Made by a program: the position numbers and the translations under genes. Below, one piece after another: positions 1-12,800 of a stretch of DNA of 64,000 bases. Positions within the stretch are counted from its first letter, which is position 1. Every line of letters starts with the position of its first letter. This DNA is from Lingula anatina. Lineage: Eukaryota > Animalia > Brachiopoda. The notes beneath the pieces were generated by a model. That model did no database searches, was not told where the DNA came from, and was given only the letters and a program-made list of their open reading frames with translations. The stretch covers positions 22,444,001 through 22,508,000 of the forward strand of contig CM120642.1 in the NCBI GenBank assembly GCA_051362555.1. The letters are read 5' to 3'.

Positions 1-1811
1 AAGGCAGCAAAGCTGTCAAATGTACAGACAAAAAGCAGGAAATAACAAAATAGGCTACTGTCAATTCTGATGTAAAAGTACATTATGTTAAACTGCAAAT
101 TCAACATCAAATTTTAATTATGCTCAACAGGTAATACCAATGTAAGTAAAATGTGTAACAAGCATAAGGCTTCAGGCCCATGGGAGTTCAAGTTCACACT
201 TTGAAAATGTAAAACTTCCAGAAAAAGAAGTCAATTAGACTGCTTTTCCAACTCGAGCTGCATTTTAGTCCTGTTTCTTTTTTAAAAGTTTGACAATCAT
301 AAGTAATATGGTTTTCCCATGATGGTCATCATGGCAGCAATACCCAAAATTGTGTTTTCTTCTATTTTGATGCAATATTTCATAATGCTTTACAGCATAA
401 AGACCATCATTTTTAAATAATAAAATATACGTATCGTGGATTTTCAGAAAATGTGACTAGCATGGGTCTTCAAGCCCAAGGTGGTTCTAAGTCACACCTT
501 GAAATTGCCAATGTGTGAAAAATTAAATTTTCACAAAAAACTGATTAACTGCCAGAAAAATTTACCAAATAGACTGCACTGCCTAATGAAACTGTATTTT
601 AGTCCCATGTTTCTTTCTTGTAAGTTTGAGAACAGTAAGTGACATAGTTTTCCTTAAATGGTCATCATGGGAACAGTGCCCAAAATAGGGGTTTCTTCAA
701 ATTTTGATGCAATATTACATAATGTTTAACAGGATAATAACCATCAATTTTTAATAATAAAATATTAGTATCATGGATATTCAGAAAATGTGACTAGCAA
801 AGGTCTTCAGGCCCATGGAACTTCAAAGTCACAACTTGAAAATGCCAAAATGTAGACAAGACAGTACTGTCCTGCAATGCATTTTTTTCCATTTTTAACA
901 ATTTTTTAACATATAACAAAATTAACACTTTACTGCCATTTTTATATGATCAACTAAGAAAGTTGATGAGATGTGAAAAATATCAATAGAACAGTGTCAA
1001 ATGTCCAATTTCCTCCATTCTGAGTTTCTGAACATAATGAATGATTGAATCTTACAAACTGCAATAATATGAGTTTATTTCCATTTTTGACACTTTATTA
1101 CACAATACACGATAACAAGTTTACCATCATTTTTACATAATCAACTAATAATGTTGTAAAGATGCAGGAAATGTCAAACAAACACTTTTACGTATTTTAT
1201 TAATTAAATAATGAGACTGTTAACATGCCTAAGAATTGAATCTGAAGAAATGTGAAAAAACAGCATAACTTATAAAATAATGGCCCGATTATGCTGATTT
1301 TCGAACTTGACCTGCGTTTTAGTAAGTTTGATTACTCCTGTGAGTTTCATGACAACAGGCCTATCAGTTTTCTTTGAAATGTGTTAACAGTGTTGCATAT
1401 ATGCTGAAAAGTGAAAAAACAGCATAACTACTAAAATGGTGGCCCGATCATGCCGATTTTCGAACTTGACCTGCGTTTTAGTAAGATTGATTACTCCTGT
1501 GAGTTTCATGACAACAGGCCTATCGGTTTTCTTTGAAATGTGTTAACAGTGTTGCATATATGCTGAAAAGTGAAAAAACAGCATAAATTCTACAATAATG
1601 GCCCGATCATGCTGATTTTCGAACTTGACCTGCGTTTTATGAATATTCATCACCTCTGTAAATATAAAGCCAAAAAGTAAAACTGTCTTCCACTTATGGT
1701 GTTAACGCTGAAAGTGCACGGCGACGGCGACATCGACGGCGACATGAACGGCGACATGAACGGCGACGACAGACGCAGGTGATGGCAATATGTACAGACA
1801 CATGTACATAA
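1..1811 (-). mobile_element. HINE/DINE-1-like non-autonomous Helentron, family A, inner copy (left terminus just outside window)
   Basis: GCAGC-aaa-GCTGT hairpin plus ATGTACAGACA subterminal motif at left; ~160-bp tandem units; (GACGGC)n; TGTACAGACACATGTACA end. Confidence 0.8.
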
Positions 1812-4800
1812 AAATATAATCTAATGAAGCTGCTATTCAGTGCTTCCTTATTATGGACACTGTTATCTAGCAGAGAGCTTAATCTTTGGGAGTTTACAGG
1901 GAAATATCAACAAGTGTGATTTATGAAATCTCATTTAATGGCCACTTAATCAGGCAAATGAGTTTATAGCACTAAACTTAGCCTAGTGAATACCCAAGGG
2001 GAATTTACAGACTGACCACACAGACTGGCTTTCTAATTTGAACTGCATGCCAATCCTAAAAATCATACTTGTAAGTTAAACATAATAATAAGTAACACAG
2101 TTTTCTTTCCATAATGTTTGCAGAAGCAGTACAAAAATATTTTTGTCAATTTTGATATAACATTACATAATAATTTATAGAATAATGATCACCAATTTTT
2201 TATTATTGACTATGAATAGCAAGGACATGTAGAAAATTTGATTACCATTCGGCTTCATGTCCATGGGAGTTCTGAGTCCCACAATGAATATGCCAAAAAG
2301 ATAATAATGAATATTTCACTAAAATGTATATATTCCAGAAAAAGAAGCCAAGTAGACTGCTTTTCCAACTTTTTTTGAAAGATTGAGTCGTAAGTAACAT
2401 GATTTTCCCATAATGGTCATCATGGCAGAAACACCAAAAATTATGTTTTCTTCTATTTTGATGCAACATTACATAATGTTTAACAGCATAATGACCATCA
2501 ATTTTTGATTATAAAATATTAGTATCATGGATATTCAGAAAATGTGACTAGCAAAGGTCTTCAAGCCCGTGGAGGTTCTAAGTCACACCTTGAAAATGCC
2601 AATAAATGAATAATTAAATTTTCACAAAAAACTGTTTAATTGCCAGAAAAATTTACCAAACAGACTGCATTGCCTACTGAAGCTATATTTTAGTCCCATG
2701 TTTCTTTCCTGTAAGTTTGAGGACAGTGAGTGATATGATTTTCCTTAAATGATCATCATGGGAACAGTGCCCAAAATAGGGGTTTCTTCAAATTTTGATG
2801 CAATATTACATAATGTTTAACAGCATAATGACCATCAATTTTTAATAATAAAATATTAGTATCATGGATATTCAGAAAATGTGATCAGCAAAGGTCTTCA
2901 GGACCATGGAACTTCAAAGTCACATCTTGAAAATGCCAAAATGTAAACAAGACAGCACTTTTCTGAAATGGGTTTATTTCCATTTTTAACACTTTTTTTA
3001 ACATAAAACAAAATTAACAATTAACTGCCATTTTTATATGACCAACTAATAAAATTGATGAGATGGGGAAAATATCAATAGAACAGTGTTAAATGTCCAA
3101 TTTCCTCCATCTAAGATTCTGAACATAGTGGATGATTGAATATGACAAATTGCAATGATATGTGTTTATTTCCAGTTTTGACACTTTATTACACAATACA
3201 TGATAACAAATTTACCATCATTTTTACATAATCAACTGACAATGTTGTAAAGATGCAGGAAATGTCAAACAAACACTTTTATGTATCTTATTAGTTCAAT
3301 AATGAGACTATTAACATGCCTAAGAATTGAATCTGAGGAAATGTAAAAAAAAAAGAATAACTTCTAAAATAATAGACCGATTATGCTGATTTTCATACTC
3401 AACCTATGTTTTAGTAAGATTGACCACTCTTGTGAGTAAAATGACAATTTGCCTATCTGTTTTTCTTATATTGTATTATCAGTGTTGTATATATGCTAAA
3501 AAAATGAAAAAACAGCATAACTTCCATAAAAGTGGCTCTATCATGCTGTTTTTCAAACTTGACCTGCGTATTATGAATATTCATCAGTTCTGTAAGTTTC
3601 AAGCCAAAAGGTAAAATGGTATTTCACATATCGTGTTATCGGTGCTGCATATATGCTGAGAAAAGTGAAATAAAGATGCAAATAAGTGAAAAATTAAATT
3701 TTCACAAAAAACTGTTAAATTGCCAGAAAATTTTACCAAACAGACTGCGTTGCCTATTGAAGCTGTATGTTAGACCCATGTTTCTTTCCTGTAAGTTTGA
3801 GAACAGTAAGTGACATGATTTCCCTTAAATGGTCATCATAGGAGCAGTGCACAAAATAGGGGTTTCTTCAAATTTTGATGCAACATTACATAATGTTTAA
3901 CAGCATAATGACAATCAAATGTTATTTATAAAATATTAGTAACATAGACATTCAGAAAATGTGACAAGCAAAAGTCTTCAGTATCATGGAACTTTAAAGT
4001 CACACCTTGAAAATGCCAATATGTGAAAAATTAAATTTTCACAAAAAACTGTTTAACTGCCAAAAAAAAAAAAAAAAAAAAAAAATACCAAACAGACTGC
4101 ATTGCCTACTGAAGCTGTATTTTAGTCCCATGTTTCTTTCCTGTAAGTTTGAGAACAGTAAGTGACATGATTTTCCTTAAATGGTCATCATGGAAGCAGT
4201 GCCCAAAATAGGGGTTTCTTCAAATTTTGATGCAATATTACATAATGTTTAACAGCTTAATGACCATCAATTTTTAATTATAAAATATTTGTATCACAGA
4301 TATTCAGAAAATGTGACTAGCAAAGGTCTTCAGGCCCATGGAACTTCAAAGTCACACCTTGAAAATGCCAAAATGTAAACAAGACAGCACTGTTCTGAAA
4401 TGGGTTTATTTCCATTTTTAACACTTTTTTAACATAAAACAAAATAAACATTTTACTGCCATTTTTATATGACCAACTAAGAAAATTGATGAGATGGGAA
4501 AAGTATCAATAGAACAGTGTTAAATGTCCAATTTCCTCCATTCTGAGATTCTGAACATAGTGGATGATTGAATCTGACAAACTGCAATGATATGAGTTTA
4601 TTTCCATTTTTGAAACTTTATTACACAATACATGATAACAAGTTTACCATGTTTTTTACATAATCAACTAACAATGTTGTAAAGATACAGGAAATATCAA
4701 ACAAACACTTTTAGGCATCTTATTAGTTAAATAATGAGACTGTTAACATGCCTAATAATTGAATCTGAGGAAATGTGAAAAAACAGTTTAACTTCTAAAA

Positions 4801-5632
4801 TAATGGCCCGATTATGCTGATTTTTGAACTCAACCTACGTCTTAGTAAGATTGACCACTCCTGTGAGTATAATTACAATTGGCTAATCCGTTTTTCTTAT
4901 ATTGTGTTATCAGTGTTGCATTTATATTGAAAATAGTGAAAAAACAGCATAAATTCCCTAAAAGTGACCCGATCATGCTGATTTTCGAACTTGACCTGCA
5001 TATTATGAATATTCATCAGTTCTGTAAGTTTCAAGACAAAAGGTAAAATGGTTTTCCACTTATCGTGTTATCGGTGCTGCATATATGCTGAAAAAAGTGA
5101 AAAAACACTAAAATTCCCTAAAAGTGACCTGATCATGCTGATTTTCGAACTTGACCTGCATATTATGAATATTCATCAGTTCTGTAAGTTTCAAGTCAAA
5201 AGGTAAAATGGTTTTCCACTTATCGTGTTATCGGTGCTGCATATATGCTGAAAAAAGTGAAAAAACAGCATAAATTCCCTAAAAGTGACCTGATCATGCT
5301 GATTTTCGAACTTGACCTGCGTATTATGCATATTCATCAGTTCTGTAAGTTTCAAGTCAAAAGGTAAAATGGTTTTCCACTTATCGTGTTATCGGTGCTG
5401 CATATATGCTGAAAAAAGTGAAAAAACAGCATAAATTCCCTAAAAGTGACCCGATCATGCTGATTTTCGAACTTGACCTGCGTATTATGAATATTCATCA
5501 GTTCTGCAAGTTTCAAGTCAAAAGGTAAAATGGTTTTCCACTTATCGTGTTATCGGTAAAAGTGCACGGCGACGGCGACGACAGACGCAGATGATGGCTA
5601 TATGTACAGACACATCTGTGTCTGTACATAAA
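1812..5632 (-). mobile_element. HINE family A, outer copy with 337-bp and 161-bp tandem arrays
   Basis: Ends in hairpin TATGTACAGACACATCTGTGTCTGTACATA after (GACGGC)n; 160-161 bp periodicity 4940-5560; 1860-2020 matches 48185-48325. Confidence 0.8.
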
Positions 5633-7116
5633 AAGCGACACCACCTCAAGTGTTGTGCTTGACAAGCTCTACAAAATGCAACAAAAGAAGTTTTTTTTTT
5701 AAATAGAAAATTACAATTTATAACAAAATCATGGGGGGGGGGAATAAAAGGTCAAATACAAGACTACAGTGAGATATTGAAAATAAGACTTCATCCAGGT
5801 TCAACAGTAAACATAAGGTTAAAAAAAATTGGCAAAGTGCAGTTCATTGTGAAAAAAAGGTAAATGTTCGAATTCAAGGTCACAGTAAGATTACCAATAT
5901 ATGACTTCCTATTCAAGTTCAGTAGTAACTATGGGCATATCTAAAACATACCTGTAAGATACCGCAACCCTGCCATGAGAAAATCAGGCCAATGTAACAA
6001 AATTGAGCATTCAGAATTATGTCGACAATTTGACATCAGGAATGCCAACTACAGTTTAAGTAGGAAAATGCAATTTTCCTCTCTAAACCTTAAAAATTGT
6101 TTTAGGGTTAAATTCTTTGAGATTTCATGTTTATGTTTAGACATGTAAGTATGAGGAATAAAGAAAATGAACTTTTTGAAAAATGATCCGAGCCAACTTT
6201 AAAAAGGAACCCCTTTTTTTTTTTTTTACCATACAAAGTCTACTAGGTAATTAAAGCAAGTTTATCTGTTATGTATCCTGATATAATATGACTGGGTGGT
6301 AGTTTACACATGACACATTAAAATCATTACCATCAACCAAACAACTGTATCAAGTTTTTTTTTTTTTTCGTACAACACTGAGTGTCACAACAGAATTTTT
6401 GAAGTTAATATTTTTATATAAATACAAAATAAATTCCTCAACGACATACAAGTTTTTACCATCAAACTTTCGAACATTTCCAATATATTCTTCATTAAGT
6501 ATACTAAAAAGGAAAGATGTTGAAATGATCACTAAATATCAAATAAATAGCTTTTCCATAGAGGAGTCTGTGGGTAGAAAAATACAAATTTTTAATTTTC
6601 ATATTTTCTCATGAAAATTTTCAGTCGCAAACCAACAAAAAGTGCCAATGTATCCTTCATTATGCATACTACAAGATAAAAGCCATGTACTCAAATAAAA
6701 TAAGATGTATGAAGTTTTTTTTTTTTGGGGGGGGGGGTCAAAATTTCACAGGGGATGTAGATTTTCATGAGGCGAGTTGGCCAGCCAATGGGAGCAGTCA
6801 AGTTAACGCATATTCTCTTGTGACCTTGACCGTTACTATCAAAGGAAAGCTAGGAAAGAGCGAGAGTACAGCTCAAAAATCAATCCAGCCCTATCAAAAA
6901 TGCCAAGGTCAAATTAGCCTTAATACCAGCAATATAGGCCTTCCTATTGGTTAGAAGGTATAAATTGTTCCGAATGGACAAATAGTTTTTTACTGACAAC
7001 TAGTCAACCACCCCCTGGGACAGTCCACTAAAAATATCAAATCACTTTGTCCTAGGTCTATCAGCTGTCTAAAAAAAAAAGAGTAGTTTCTAACAAGGGA
7101 CAGAGATTTATCACAA

Positions 7117-9031
7117 ACTAGAGGATCAGAGAGGCGATACCGCCTCCGAATATTGTACCACCAGCTGGAGCAAGCGCATTCGTATAGACCCCCACATATA
7201 CAAAATAAGGAACACAGCCACCAGTCTTGTGCTTGACAAGCTGTAAAAATGCAATCAACAAGAATTTTCAAAATATGCAAAAAATATATATATATATAAC
7301 TAAAAATGGTACAATCAAAGTTAAGTTCATTGTAAGGTAGGTCAAAGGTCAATTCCAAGGTCACAGTTAATTGCCAGTATATGACTTCCTATTCAACTTC
7401 AATAGAAACTATGGGCCTATCTCTGCCAGGTTTGGAGTTAAAAGAGAAAGAAATTAGCAGAGTTCAGTTCATGATAATAAGTAGGTCAAAGGTCAATTTC
7501 AAGGTCACACTTAGATTGCCAGTATATGACTTCCTATTCACGTTCAATAGTAACTATGGACCTATCTCTGCCAGTTTTGGAGATAAGGGGGAAGCAAAAT
7601 ATGCAAAGTTCAGTTCATGGTGAAAAGTAGGTAAAAGGTCAATTTTAAGGTCACTTTTAGATTGCCAGTATATGACTTCCTATTCAAGTTCAATAGAGAC
7701 TATGGACCTATCTCTGCCAGTTTTGGAGATAAAAGGGAAGCAAAATTTGCAAAGTTCAGTTCATGGTGAAAAGTAGGTCAAAGGTCAATTTTAAGGTCAC
7801 ATTTAGATTGCCAGTATATGACTTCCTATTCAAGTTCAATAGAGACTATGGACCTATCTCTGCCAGTTTTGGAGATAAAAGGCAAGCAAAATTTGCAAAG
7901 TTCAGTTCATGGTGAAAAGTAGGTCAAAGGTCATTTTTAAGGTCACATTTAGATTGCCAGTATATGACTTCCTATTCAACTTCAATAGTAACTATGGAGC
8001 TATCTCTGCCAGTTTTGGAGATATAAGGGACAAAATGGTATAATTTTGGAGTTACCATAATGTGCCATAAATTTCCTACAGAAAAAATTATTTAAAATAA
8101 AGAAAAGGTCATTTTGGTCAAAATTCTTGAAATGGGAGGTGCTCTGAAGTTCCAGAAGTTCAAATTTGATGAAATAATGTCATTTTTGACCACAAGTTGT
8201 CTGCTTTGCCAAGCCTTATGTTTTATTTTTCCAGAGTTCAAAATTTATTATCCATTACCGTACTGCACATTTTGCTTTCACCACCAATATGTACTTTTTG
8301 ATACAGCGTAACTCGAAAACCGTATGGAATACAAAAAAACGGAGACCACCTCCAGTGTTGGGCTTTACATGCTCTACAAAATGCAAAAAAGAATGGGTGT
8401 CTAGCATTAACGGTTCTCGAAAGAGAGACAGTTTTCAGTTTCGATATCTTATGGCCGCTACTCCCATGAAAATGCACCGATTGACCCCAAATTCACGGAG
8501 ATGAAAGATGACCCGAAGGGTAACACTTTCCATTAATATTATTAGTTAAGTCTGTGTGGTGTCTGAATAAGACCGCAAATAATTTTTTTTTCGGCAAAAA
8601 TTTTGTTTTTTTGAAAACTTTGGCCCGTTTGACCTTGAAATAAAGGTCAAAGGTCAAATCCAAGGGCATATTTGAAATCTATACATATGACTTTTGGAAA
8701 GCTGTCTGTAGAAATTTTTCCCATAATTCCTTCCGTAGGGGAGATAATTAGCATTTAATTTTGCCATTTTTGGACAAGGGTGCATTGCAATGAGTGCCAC
8801 ACCTAGACCCCAATACCGACAAAGCCCAAATTTTACGTGGAACGAGTTGAGATTATAGGTGACCTAAATCCAAGAGATGGGTATGGAGGCCCTTACCGTC
8901 TAGGAGGAGAAGCGGTAACGGTGACTTGGCGGCGGAGCCGCAGGAGCCGGCGGAGCCGCAGGAGCCGGCGGAACATACGGGTCGGGACTAAAACCATGTG
9001 TACCGCCAGCGCCTACGCTGGTGGTACAATA
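7117..9031 (-). mobile_element. HINE family B, full-length, with five 146-bp core repeats
   Basis: ACTAG terminus, GAGGCG-atac-CGCCTC hairpin, subTIR TTGTACCACCAGC / GCTGGTGGTACAA, (CGGAGCCG)-type microsatellite, terminal hairpin; repeat anchors at 7386, 7531, 7677, 7823, 7969. Confidence 0.85.
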
Positions 9032-9659
9032 AATTCAAAAACCAAATGCACATTTTTCACAAGTAATAAAGGCCGAGTTCAAAATCAGCTTGATCTGTCT
9101 TTTTTTGCAAAAGCTATGCTAGTTTATGAATTTTAGCATCTCATATCTTTGACATTTTTGGAGATATCAGGGCTAGAAAAATTGCAAGGAGCAGTTCATC
9201 GTGAAAAATAGGTCTAAGGTCTATTTCAAGGTTGCAGTAATATTGCCAATATATGACTTCCTACTCAAGTTCATTACTTACTATGGGCATCCCTTTGCTA
9301 GTTTTGGTCAAATGCCAAATTCAAGGTCACAGCACCTTTGCAAAATACAGGACTTCCTAACTTCAATAGGGCATTTCTTTGCCAGTTTTTGATATACAAG
9401 GGTCAAAAATCTTGCACAGTTCAGTTCATGGTGTAAAGTAGGTCAAGGGTCAAATTCAAGTTCAATAGTAAGTATGGGCATATCTCTCTCCTTTTTGGTT
9501 GGATCCAATGTACAATACACTCAATTGCTTAATAATCAACTTTTACTTAAGTTCTCCTGTGGCCATTGGGAAAATGCAACTTGCACAAAAAATGGGTAAC
9601 ACAACTTGGATCAACCATAAAAACCTTAATAATAATCTTCAATTGTGCAAAAAATGTAC

Positions 9660-9845
9660 CTCTTTTTTCTCTTGCTTGGATTTCTTACTGGCAGCCTTTA
9701 AGTTGAATTTGAATGCCTCTGGAAGGAGATATACAGAATCTCCTAGCTTGTAGTCCACCCCATCTCTGCTAACAGTGCCATAGTACATATGACTGGAGGA
9801 GTCACTCTCTGACGATAATCTGTCAGAAGGTTTTGGTCTTTCTTT
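9660..9845 (-). CDS. DNMT1: DNMT1 exon 22, start of BAH2 ([17 protein letters not shown])
   Basis: 186 bp, GT-AG, phase 0/0. Confidence 0.94.
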
Positions 9846-12800
9846 CTAAAATATTGTAAATATACATTGTAATTACCTGTCAAATATGGAAAGATTTAAT
9901 TGTTTATCTATAACAGTTCCCGTAACTGGGAGACCTCGCCTCTTCAAACAATAATCACAGCATACCATGGGATATATATTCAGTTTTGCAATATAACCAA
10001 TTTTTATGATCATAAAACCTTACTAGTATCAACTTACTATTTACCTTACTCAACTCCATGAGTCTGCTGCAACTAGCACAATGCTTATGCTTACTGTCCA
10101 CTTTAGGATCAGAATCAAAAGGGGGGTCTTCAAATCTTGCCAACTCTGGGTCATACCTGGAAGCATCAAATACTCAAAAGATTCAATCTGCTAGGACACT
10201 ATAAAGACACTTCATGAAAAATCCTGATGCTTCAGTTGAAAGCTAAGCTATTTTAAAATTTCAAAGTGCAATGTGAATATCAACATCGCACTGCATTTTG
10301 GGAAGAACACTTACCACATAAGATCCCAATATAAGTGCAAAAATCTGTTTACTCATCAAATTTCAAAAGTCAATTCATCTTGCAAAATAGTTCTATAATG
10401 TTTCAAAGATACATTTACATACTCTATAACTGTTATGTTTTTAAAATGTACAAAGTAATTGTCCCAATCTGTAATGGTCTGCCATCTTGGATATAAATAT
10501 ATCATTCGGGCGTATAAATCAGCAGTTTCGCATAAAAAGGCTCTTTCTATTTTTACAAAAGATTCATATGTGTATTTTTTACCCCTACTCTTTACGAATT
10601 AATAAAGCATTTATTTTAAAGCCCCATAAATTTCCAGACACATGTCAAAGGAATTTTTTACTCAATGGGACTGTACAGTGTCAGCTGCATATCGATGCGA
10701 GGTCTTCTCTGCTAAGCTAATATATCACCTAAATAAATTATACCAAATATTGTTCAGCAACTTTTTTTGATACCAAATATTTATACAATAATTAAACATA
10801 ATTGTGATAATTTTTTATCTTTAATTTATATTCTTTGCACCCGTTTTCACTAGCCATCTCTTAATTGCAACCCCTTATTACCATCCAGATACCAAAAATG
10901 AGGTTTTTCCTGCATCTAATTATTAAAAAAAAATCTTGTGCGGCTTTAACTCAATAAAAATCTCCTCAAAAATATAAAATATTGATGTTTATATTTCTTG
11001 TTGCAATGTATAAGCATACGCAACTCAAAGGTTTAATTGTCAATTAAGCACCTTTCTATTTTGAGGTGAGATAGCAATAGGTATGGGGCATAACTTCATC
11101 CCTGAACAAGATTTTTAAATGAAAATTGGCAGATGACCACAAGTGTATAGACTACAATCCTGTGCTGTCATTTTGAGTTCATCATCATCATTCCTCTTTG
11201 TCCCGTATGGAACATAAGGCCACAGTCACTTCTTTCCATTTGGCCCTATCTCTGGCTACTTGCTGGGCCTGTCCCCATGTAAGGTCCCCCTCCCTCAGCT
11301 CTGCCATCACTGTTCGGCGCTAGGTGGTCTTGGGCCTTCCTCTCTTTCTTTTTCCAGGTGGTGTCCATCTCAAAGCTACCTTTGGTACTCGGTTCTCGTC
11401 CATCCAAAGTACATGGCCGAGCCATTGAAATCGCCAACGCTTGATCTGCCCCACAATACTCTGGCTCCCTGTCAGTATGTACAGATCATGGTTGGAGATC
11501 TTGTTCGGCCAGAATATGCGGCAAATCCTGCAGAGACACCTGTAATGGAAGGACTCCACTCTGCTCATGTCAGACTTTGTAACTCTCCAGCATTCAGACC
11601 CGTAGAGTAGAACAGACTTCACACTGCTGTTGTAAAGATGGACTTTGGTGTGCAAACTGTACTGCTCCAACTTCCAGATTGTGTGGAGTCTGGCAAATGA
11701 ACTCTGGGCCTTGCCAAGTCTTGAACTGATGTCCTTCTGAGCCCTGTTGTCTTTGCTGATTAGACTGCCCAGATATGTGAAGTTGTTGACAGACTCAAGT
11801 GGTTTCCCACTGATGGTGATAGGTGCTGTCATACTGTTGTTGATACCCATGACCTGGGTTTTGGTGGTGCTGACGGCAAGTCCCGCTTGTGCAGCAAATC
11901 TACTCAGACGGTCAGTCTTCTCCTGGAGATGGCCGTGTTTGGAGGACAGGAGGGCAAGGTTATCAGCAAAGTCAAGGTCTTCTAGCTGGGATAGGAGAGT
12001 CCACTGGATGCCTCTGGGTTTGTCGGATGTTGTCTTCTTCATGACCCAGTCGATGGTCACAAGGAAGAGAATTGGGGACAAGATACAGCCTTGACGTATA
12101 CCTGAATCCACTGGGAACCACTCCGTCAGGGTATTGTCCAGGATAACACTGCATTGGAATTGGCTGTAGAACATGCTGATTAGAGTGATGATCTTAGGTG
12201 GTACACCATATGACAGCAGTATTTTCCACAATGTCTCCCAGTGCACACTGTCAAAGGCTTTCTTGAAGTCGACAAAGTTGATGTATAGGCACAGCTCGAT
12301 GATGTTGCGCAGGGCAAAGCTCTGGTCAATGCATCCCCTGCATCCCCTAATTACAGATTTTTATTAAACAAAGGCATTATTTTGCTTTATCAATGATAAA
12401 ATCTGAACTTAGGCTTTAAGAAAAATTGCTGAAAAAAAGGGGTTCACGTGACCTTCCAAACAGGTCTTGCAATGTAGCATGGAAGGCCTTAATGCATGGG
12501 AGATGTAGAATCTTTGTCCACTTCATATCTTTCTTCTATGCACACAGCAGAAGGTTGCTCAAAGACTATAGATACATCACATGGGTTTGCTGGGAAACTT
12601 TTAGATGCCCAGCTAAAGAATGGCTATGATTTGGAAGCAGACAAGCTGCTACTGTTCAGTCAATTTGTGGAGTTTAACTGCAGGTACAAAGGATTGGATG
12701 TTTTGGAGCCCAAACCATGATGCCACTTCTCATGATACAAGCTGGTAAAAGATAAGCGCGACTTTGACTGGATTCCCATGCCCAAATCAATCCATCTGGA

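Noticed and set aside
8837-9136. Arg/Ser-rich (protamine-like) ORF, and PAE-repeat ORF at 31355-31573
   Set aside because: Translations of the HINE (CGGAGC)n microsatellite.
10870-11050. Inverted match to 58140-58330 as a circRNA-promoting pair
   Set aside because: Short, diverged interspersed repeat 47 kb apart; unlikely to pair stably.
11260-12094. Plus-strand ORFs of 115-116 aa
   Set aside because: Antisense shadows of the RTE reverse transcriptase frame.
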